Shown here one piece after another: positions 56,253-64,000 of a stretch of DNA of 64,000 bases. The notes below the pieces were generated by a model. That model searched no databases. It was given only the letters and a program-made list of their open reading frames with translations, and was not told where the DNA came from. Both the position numbers and the translations under genes were made by a program. Source of the stretch: Epithemia pelagica. Lineage: Eukaryota; Protista; Bacillariophyta. Within the stretch, counting starts at the first letter, position 1; every line of letters starts with the position of its first letter. The stretch lies in contig OX337241.1 of the NCBI GenBank assembly GCA_946965045.2, positions 744,001 through 808,000 of the forward strand. Reading direction: 5' to 3'.

Positions 56253-59129
56253 ATGGCAGAAAGGGTTGTTGAGACACGTCGGTCGTCTCGACCAAGGGCT
56301 CCCATTCATTACTTGAGGGAGGAGGAGGCAATGGATTCAACGGCAACTGCAACGAAGCAATCATCACTGGCAAACTCGAGAAAGAGATCTTCTGGTAGCA
56401 AGGCCAGTCAATCCAGAAAGAAAGCCAAGAAGATTTCATCCTCTCAAGTTCGGGTAAGTTATCAAATCATTGGATCAGTCCGTCTCTGCCAGTGTAGTCC
56501 GTTGAATGATGGAGTTCGGATTGATGCAGCGAAATCTGTCATGTGGAGCTCGTAAAGATGCTCAAATATTGAATGGTTTGTGCTTTGGTTACAGAGGAAT
56601 CCTAAAAGAAAAAGTACGCCCAAGAATCTGGAAGACTGCGAAGGAAACGAAGTGTTTGTCGCCGCCTTGAATTTACAAGACATTCAGAGAGCCTTTCGAA
56701 CCAAGAAGCACCCTCATTGCGGAAGTATTTTTGGGAGAAAGCAGAAACGACAGTATTTGCATACTATATCATCTCCTTCCCAACGAGAGGTGGTATATGA
56801 TCGAGCTTCCAAGGCCTTGCAAGACATTGAGACTTGCTTGTTGCCCAGCTACGGAGGACGTCGATGGAAAGTACACGTTACCGTCACAGATCCAACGACA
56901 ACGTCCCACAATGGAACAAAGAAAAAGATTGAATCTCCCTACTTTGTGTTCGGTAGCAAGGGGGCGTTGGAATTGGCTGCTTGGCCGCAAATTTTATCAA
57001 AAATACCAAGTCCACCAAAATTCCCTGGTTATTACTCCTCTTCACAGAGCAAAGAACTTGCTAAACAACAACGCAAAAAACAACATAAACAGGAACAGCA
57101 ACAACAACAACCAAATTCTGAGGGATTGAATGAAATATCCGGAGACTCTGAGGCACCTGTGGGCGGAGGCCAATCAGCGGATCTCGTCGACGAGGATGAA
57201 GAAGAAGAAGAAGAGGATGACGAGTCGCCACTTGTCGGTGTAACTGAGTACGAAATGGAGTTGATATCTGACTTACAAGAGCGTGATGTGACCCCAATTT
57301 CTGAGCTTGCTTTCAAAGAACGATGGCGGGTACCGCTGCCCAACATTTCCATCAAATGGGTCTCACCGCTACGAGAGATTTTCAATAGCCGAAAATCCGC
57401 CTGGGATCATGCCGTTGCCTTGTGTAAACAGGAAGTATGGTTGGGGAAAGTGTTACTTGGTTTTGACACTGTGCGCAACCGTCCCTTGCCTCTTTCTTCC
57501 AGATCTGGTGTCGTATCATCTTTGCCGCCGAAAAAAGTGTTGGAAGCAGGGTTGATGCGTTTTCAACGAGATGGTTTATGGGTCGTTGGACAAGAGGAGA
57601 TGTGGAAAGAGGAACGCGACAGTGAAGAAAACTACAACAATCATCAAGAACCTCGAGTCGTACCTCAGTCACGTCCGCTGTCTGGTTTGCAGTTTTATAT
57701 ACAGTGCAATCGAATGCAAATGCAAATGAGGCGGCAAAAAGAATTGGATCAGGATGCCAAGTCGTTGGCGTGTCGGAAACTAGAAATGGGGGGAGAATGC
57801 AATGGACAGGAGGAGACTTTAGTTCCTACGAAAGCTGCAAAGTTCACGCTTCGACAAGCAGACAACGAATTACGTGACACGTGGAAAAACTTATCACTGG
57901 AGGAACAACAGCGATGGAAGGACAAATCCGTTCACGAGTTTGAAAACAACGAATGTCACAAAGACAACGTTGTGTCGCTCGATCAATCCGCTACAGCCAT
58001 GACAAAAACACAAGGAGATGCTGTCGGAAGTCCAATCCATCTCACTTGTGAGGAGGGTCAAGAGTCGCATGCAGAGACAGCACGCAATATAGAAACAACA
58101 CAAATCAGCCGAATTGCTCTACCTGTTACTCCTGAGGAGAGTTCTTGTGTTGTGGATATCGAACCATCGGCGAACCCATGCAAACCAACCAACGCCGTGA
58201 TTAAGAACGAAGGACGCGTCACCCCGTCCTCTGTCGAAGAAGAACAATCTTTCGGCGCGACAACAAATACGATGCGAAATGACTCAAATGCTCGAAAATC
58301 TGTTTCAACAGCCCAAACCATACGAAAGATGACACCACCAGCAGCTCGTAAACTGACAACCAGTAAGAAAACAGCCCCCTGGACTAAATGGTGTTTGAAT
58401 ACTGACCAGGTCCAGCTCTGTTACGAAGCTGGGTTGGATCACTACGACACTGTGATTGAGACAGTTAAGGCTCGCGACCTGCATAGGGAGCTACAAGATG
58501 GCTTTGATGTCTTGAGAGAGCGAGGACGTGGGCGGTTTGACATGGAATTACCTGCTTTTGACACTGATGCATTCAAGTTTCTAACGGATCTCTCTGTGGC
58601 TCCATGGATGCCTGTCGTTCGCCAGATCCTGGGGAAAGATGTGGTTCTGATTCACAAGGGTATGTTCTTGTCTATGCCAGGCGCAGAAGCACAACCATAC
58701 CATCAAGATGGCGTACATCTTACAACGCAGACGCAACGGGAATGCCATGCGGTTAATGTGTTTGTCCCCTTGGTGGATTTGACAATAAAGCATGGCCCCA
58801 CAGAGTTTTGTTTGGGGACGCACATCTTGGGACAAGAAGAGTACAAAGCCAAGTTCGCTGAAACTCCACTGGTGAAGGCTGGTACTCCAATTTTGTTTGA
58901 TTATCGTCTCGGTCACAAAGGATTGGCGAACAACAGTGGAACTTGTCGTCCCATTCTTTACTGCACCTACGCTAAGAGAAGTTTGGGAAAGGCAGAATTT
59001 CGTGACAAGGTCAATTTTTCACGTTCTCGTTATCATCGAATCGGCGATCTTGTTAGTTACAGAAAGAACCCCTCTCGCGAAGAGCGGGCCGAAAAGCGCA
59101 ACCAACTGCAGCAAGAAGCAGTATATTAA
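56253..59129 (+). CDS. Large protein with an HMG-box-like region and a C-terminal PhyH-like 2OG-Fe(II) dioxygenase; join(56253..56453,56595..59129), 911 aa
   Basis: LSGLQFYIQ..WKNLSLEEQQRW (HMG-like). QPYHQDG..VFVPLVD..GPTEF..GTH..LFDYRLGHKGLAN..RPILY gives HxD..H..R. Phase-0 GT-AG intron. Confidence 0.85.
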
Positions 59130-59442
59130 TGGTTTACATGCTGAGATGACCTAAAGTTACGAATAAGTTCTAAGGGAAGGTAACAATATCAATGATGATG
59201 AACTCCATTCAAAGCGGCAGGTAGTTCTTCCCCTCCATCGCGTCTTGGTCTTGGTCGTGATTACATTCAGTCGCGCAGAGAGCAGACGCGGAAGTTCCGC
59301 CATTTTTGTTGTTCCGCGTTCTTGATCTCTTGATGTTCTCCATTCATGGTCAATCGGGCAGCGAACATCCCGTTGACATCTTTATCAGGGCCAGCCATGT
59401 TGTGGACAAAGTTTCGTTCATTCCAGACTCGAAAGGCTCACG

Positions 59443-60232
59443 ATGAAAGAGGCAGATACGATGTTGAATGACAGCGGATGTTGGGGTGGTCACTCGCCGT
59501 ATGCCGAGGATCTCACACTTGATGACTTGATTGAGGCACTTCCTCGAACAATACGCTTGCAAAAGCGCCTTGAAATCACCCCAGGTTGTACCGGTGATCC
59601 ACTTGTGGACTTGCTTCGGTGAGAAAAACGTACCGCTTCACAATGAATGGGGTTCATTTGTGCTTTGTTCATCTTGCCCTCATTTGTTTGGATTCTCCTT
59701 GATATGTACAACTTTTTGAGCAGACGCGTTCAAATCGATTTAGAAGACATGCATCGATATGCCTTCATCGACTTCGATCAAAAGTATACTCGAAACCTCA
59801 TCTCTACGGACAACGAACTGTACACCCTGTTACTGCTATGTTGGTCTCCAGGTCAAGCTTCACCTATACACGATCACCCCTGTGATGGATGCTGGATGCG
59901 CGTGGTTCATGGTCAGGTTTGCGAAAGTCGTTATAAGGAAGTGAAGCATGACTCATTTTCGAGCGACGATGATTCATCGTCTACATATTGGAATACAACT
60001 ATATCTCCTCTGAAATGTACTCACAGTGAAACATACACACAAGGACAAGTCGCTTTTATCAGATTCCATCGGTTTTCACAAAATATCCAATCCCACTTCG
60101 GAGCTTACCGTGTCTCTGCATTTGTATTGTCCACCTTTCGAGGAATGTCGCACGTGGTTGGAACCTCATACGAAAGCATCGCGAACAACTGTTGGTTACT
60201 ATTCTGCTTACGGCCATCTGCTTTCGGGATAG
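59443..60232 (+). pseudogene. CDO: Cysteine dioxygenase type I, with an intron at 59619-59723 and an apparent frameshift near 60061
   Basis: YTRNLI..LLLLCWSPGQASPIHDHPCDGCW in one frame, and DSIGFHKISN..SLHLYCPPF in another, with no splice site between them. Confidence 0.8.
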
Positions 60233-60748
60233 CACAAGGTCTTGTATTGTTAAAGTTTCCTTCATGGCGTAGGTTGTTCGATCACCTGATGGAATCATAC
60301 GCGATCCGGCCCTTTCGCCACTAGCTCGCACATCATGACATCAAGTTCTTCTTACGGCCCAGGTTTATACAATCACCCCGCCCACAGCCACGACAAACAG
60401 ACTCTCATAATCACGCAGACATTAAAAGAGGCGTTATTTCCTTGTGTATCACATTCTACTTCTTATTTGCCTTCGAAGACGACCTACATGTACCACATGG
60501 CTCCTTGATGTGGCTTCGTCTCCCGTGGTAGTTTTCCCAAGCAATTCATGATTTCAGGTAAGCCGATGAAACACCGCTGGCGATTTGTTATTACGTAGCG
60601 ATATATCGAAAACGAAGAAATATAAAAGCACCTAGAAATAATGATCTTTTTGTCATTTCGCATTATCGATAGACATGAATATATAACATCTGTCTGTCCA
60701 TTCTCATATCGTTTGTTGATATGGTAGCAATGGATTAGACTATGTCAC

Positions 60749-61327
60749 TTATTTGATCTTTTTATTTTTCTTCGTCCTTCGACTGAGTAGCTTCATTCGC
60801 TTCTTGTACTTGTGTTTCGATATCTTTTTTCGACGTCGCTTGAGCGTGCTGATATTCCATACTGCGAGATCTTCATTCTGTTCTGGTAGAATGGTATGGA
60901 CAGACAGAGAAGAGAAGGCACAAACCGTACGGATCCATATCCAAAACATTGAGTATCGCTGAGGCAGCCCGATAGAACTTTCCTCACGAGATCGTTGCAT
61001 ATCCGAACACCCCTCGTTGTCGTCATCACTTTCTTCTCCTTCTGTTTTTGCAAAGCCGTCTCCCCAAAATGAAAAGTGCATGGCATTGAAATCCCCCTCC
61101 AATCGTTTTCCCTCTACAATTCCAATGCCAGCGGTGTTGGTTGTTGACCTGTTGAATGGATTTATTGGTCTGGTCAAGGACAAACAACCATCAGACATTG
61201 GGTCGTCGCCTGGATCAGGTTCGTGTGAAAGCGCTTCGCGACGACAATCCGCCATACGCCACAGGAGGTTCCATGTAGACGCCTTCTCTGGTTTGAGAAT
61301 AGTGCTGATCCTTCTGAAACCCAGCAT
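60749..61327 (-). CDS. Mitochondrial small ribosomal subunit mS38 / COX24 / AURKAIP1-like protein
   Basis: Basic C-terminal motif ISTLKRRRKKISKHKYKKRMK and a transit-like N-terminus MLGFRRISTIL. Confidence 0.75.
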   Translation of the reverse strand: MLGFRRISTILKPEKASTWNLLWRMADCRREALSHEPDPGDDPMSDGCLSLTRPINPFNRSTTNTAGIGIVEGKRLEGDFNAMHFSFWGDGFAKTEGEESDDDNEGCSDMQRSREESSIGLPQRYSMFWIWIRTVCAFSSLSVHTILPEQNEDLAVWNISTLKRRRKKISKHKYKKRMKLLSRRTKKNKKIK

Positions 61328-61620
61328 TCTTTCTCTCTTGTTGGAAGCACACCGTCCCGAGATGGTGATGGTCCGTTGATGACTTGCTGACAAAAGATCT
61401 CTCGGTCAAAAAGACGTCTGTACGTCGAACGTATATTCGAATTCCACAGGTAGCTACCCTTATTGCTCTACCGTATCGTGAGGATTGCTCTAACTCCTTC
61501 GTCACTTTCTGGTCACGGTCTATGTAAGCCAACAATGGGTACCTAATTGTTTTACTATTCCCATGCATCATACAATGGCTGCTTATCAGCAAAGCCACAC
61601 TAATCTTGAGTGTTGTTCAT

Positions 61621-62283
61621 TTACACCTCGGCTACTGGTGGCTTTGCAAAGTTCATATCTTCGGTGTGATCTTCGCTGGTGGAGACTTCAGTATCTTCAA
61701 AGGTTTCTCCCACATCTTTCACTTCGTCAGTCTGGGGTTCGGGTTCACCTCCGTCACCCCCACCACCCCCAATCGCATCTTCCATCTTTTCAAAAGCGTC
61801 AAGGATGTCCATTTTGTGAGTCCCATGGCATTCAATGGTGCCATCACGAAGGACCAACAGCTTTTTGCCACCGTAGCTGGTTTGAAAGAAGAGATCCTTG
61901 GCTCGGAATTTTTGGGATCTGGGTATGTTTTTCCACAACTGCTGCGCTTGCACGCGTTTCCCCCGTGCGAGCGAGATTGCCTGTTGCTTGTTCGTGTTCC
62001 ACTGCCAATTGCACAAGAACCAGATGGCGGCAATATCGGCAAGGATCAACAGCACGCCAAAGGACAGTCCAGCAGGACCTCCGACAATCGCAATTATGAT
62101 GGCGATCAAGAGAAAGACCAAAAGTGCGATCCAAAGAACGAGTAACCAGGAGAACGAAGGGAACCAGCCCCATTGAATGTCACCCTCCTTGGCAACAGGT
62201 GCAAGCACAGGAGCGCATTCACTTTCTTGCGCATAGTTGCTGAAGATGAAGCGTCTCTGTGCGGTTGTGGATCCTTTTCCCAT
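61621..62283 (-). CDS. Hypothetical two-TM membrane protein (~220 aa)
   Basis: Two hydrophobic stretches (WLLVLWIALLVFLLIAIIIAIV; LSFGVLLILADIAAIWFL) and an acidic tail. Confidence 0.7.
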   Translation of the reverse strand: MGKGSTTAQRRFIFSNYAQESECAPVLAPVAKEGDIQWGWFPSFSWLLVLWIALLVFLLIAIIIAIVGGPAGLSFGVLLILADIAAIWFLCNWQWNTNKQQAISLARGKRVQAQQLWKNIPRSQKFRAKDLFFQTSYGGKKLLVLRDGTIECHGTHKMDILDAFEKMEDAIGGGGGDGGEPEPQTDEVKDVGETFEDTEVSTSEDHTEDMNFAKPPVAEV

Positions 62284-63584
62284 GTTGACAGGTCTCGTTT
62301 CGAGGTCAAAGATTTCAGATTTCAGGATGTGAAATTGTGAGACGAGATTCACAACCGGAAGGAGGTGCGGGACGTGCGCCGTGTCGCATAGCGCGACTGG
62401 GGCTCTGCGTAGAATCTGGTAGAGAACCTACGCGAAAGGACAATTCGGAATGCATTCAAGATCTCAAGAAAATTCTCGATTTCGCAATCGCCCAATACAC
62501 ACATGAAAAATCGACGAGTTAGACATGTGATCTCCCAACAAAGGACGCTCATTATTTAGAAGCGGGTCTTGCATCTGTCATCATTGCCCAAGAACGCACG
62601 TGAACGCATATCTCTGCTTCTCTTATGAGCGCGACTGGGCCAACGTAGAATCTGGTATGAAATCAACGAACGAAAAGATGGGTTGATCAGAATCGTAGTC
62701 CCACACGTAACACATACACAATATCAAGTTTCTTCTGTTGCGCTCGTTGTCTGTCAGGCACACGAAAGAACATATGGCAGAGATCTGCATCTGCAAAATA
62801 TCCCCAATCCCCACCGAGAATGAGACACGAGATTGTCTCTGTTGCGCACTGCTCATAGGCTGGGACGAAATGGCACCGCCCAACCTACTCCGACCACATC
62901 ATGGACGCCGATCGCGAGAACGCGGCTGCAGCCCACTGAACATATGACCTGATACTGCTGCTTTGAAAATCTTTATCCGGCTTGATGGCAATGCTTCCAA
63001 CGACTTTGTCGTTTTCAGTATTGACTTACTCTACTTTATGATAAAAGAGATACTGATTTTTGAGGTGTAGTGGTCGGTATTCGTCGCAGATAATGAGACG
63101 TGAGACGTGAGAGCCGATCTTGCTCGTCCGTGGCTTGAAAAATAATGCGACTACCCGGTCGCTTAAAAATAAGTATGGTCGGCGGGCGTAACGTTCTAAT
63201 ACGGGATATTTACAATTTTAGTTATGATAACAATTATTCTTTCCTTAAATAATCATGGTACACGCATTGTCACCTTTCGACGCACAAAGCAGCGAAGCTC
63301 CTCTCATATTTACGAACGTTTCTATCCCATCTTCGAGAATCGCAACAGTCGTTTCATCTGAAGACACAGTAAACAAACCTTTGAATCTCTATTGATTGAC
63401 AAACTTGGTCTTCACCAACATCGACACTCTCGACTCTCGAACAATAATTTCAATCATCTCGTAATAGTAAGTCTCTTTCTCCTCTTTCGTTTGCTACACT
63501 GTCCACGAAAGAAAAGAGCAACTCAAACAAAACTTTTCTCTCTCTCTCTCGATTCTCATTAATCCAGCAGAAAGCGGAACCACA

Positions 63585-64000
63585 ATGACGAAATCAGCCG
63601 TCGATTACGAACACTTGATAGATACGTCGTTTTCTGACGCCAACCAAGCTGTGCGAACAACCGTTGTTCCACGATGGGAACGGAAAAAGCAGAAAAAGCT
63701 GCAACAACAGCCTCAAGATCAACAAACAAATGGCCAACAACAAGCATCCACATCCGCGAAAGCAGGGAGCTCCACTTCTTCGGAGTCCTTGAATACATCC
63801 GGGGATCGGTTTATTCCCACTCGAAGTGGAATGAACATGGAAATATCCAAACATTTGATGAGATCCTGTACCATTGGCGGAGAAGAAAACGTGGTGCCGG
63901 AGGAGCAGCGCTCAATTGCCGACTCCAAGAAAGATGCATACAGCAACACTCTTAGCTCTGCTCTTTTGGGTGTGGAAGATATGCAGGATGCCGCAAACAA
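63585..64000 (+). CDS. CDC20: APC/C activator CDC20/Fizzy family, N-terminal part (runs off the window)
   Basis: Hand translation from ATG 63585 is open to the end: VPRWERKK and the C-box GDRFIPTR. The WD40 domain lies outside the window, so CDH1 is not formally excluded. Confidence 0.8.
   Translation, partial: MTKSAVDYEHLIDTSFSDANQAVRTTVVPRWERKKQKKLQQQPQDQQTNGQQQASTSAKAGSSTSSESLNTSGDRFIPTRSGMNMEISKHLMRSCTIGGEENVVPEEQRSIADSKKDAYSNTLSSALLGVEDMQDAAN

Noticed and set aside
63535-63550. (TC)n run upstream of CDC20
   Set aside because: Ordinary short microsatellite in a pyrimidine-rich 5' region.

Overview
Eukaryotic nuclear DNA, most likely from a pennate diatom (short GT-AG introns, diatom-type protein families, both MAT and MATX); the taxon is an inference. 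1-11.3 kb is a DNA-transposon nest. It holds the 5' part of one hAT element (intact transposase ORF running off the window, with a nested 342-bp MITE) and a complete 6,779-bp hAT element (4154-10932; 14-bp TIRs CAGGGTTGTGAAGT, 8-bp TSD CTAGATAT). The complete element carries, besides its transposase, a convergent intact 633-aa gene ending in an endonuclease III (HhH-GPD) DNA glycosylase domain. This glycosylase-carrying hAT is the best candidate for an undescribed system. The rest is host genes: RRP4, a PAQR/HlyIII-type membrane protein, a divergent HslV with a C-terminal membrane anchor, a 7-exon subtilase, RRP42, six Cys-rich type II membrane protein genes (four in a recent ~1.66-kb x4 tandem array), two cytochrome P450s, head-to-head MATX and MAT S-adenosylmethionine synthetases, an HMG-box/PhyH dioxygenase, a frameshifted cysteine dioxygenase, an mS38/COX24-like gene and the start of CDC20. 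A non-autonomous TIR element sits at 24074-25555. No rRNA, tRNA or CRISPR array was seen. All family calls come from motifs read by eye; no searches were run.
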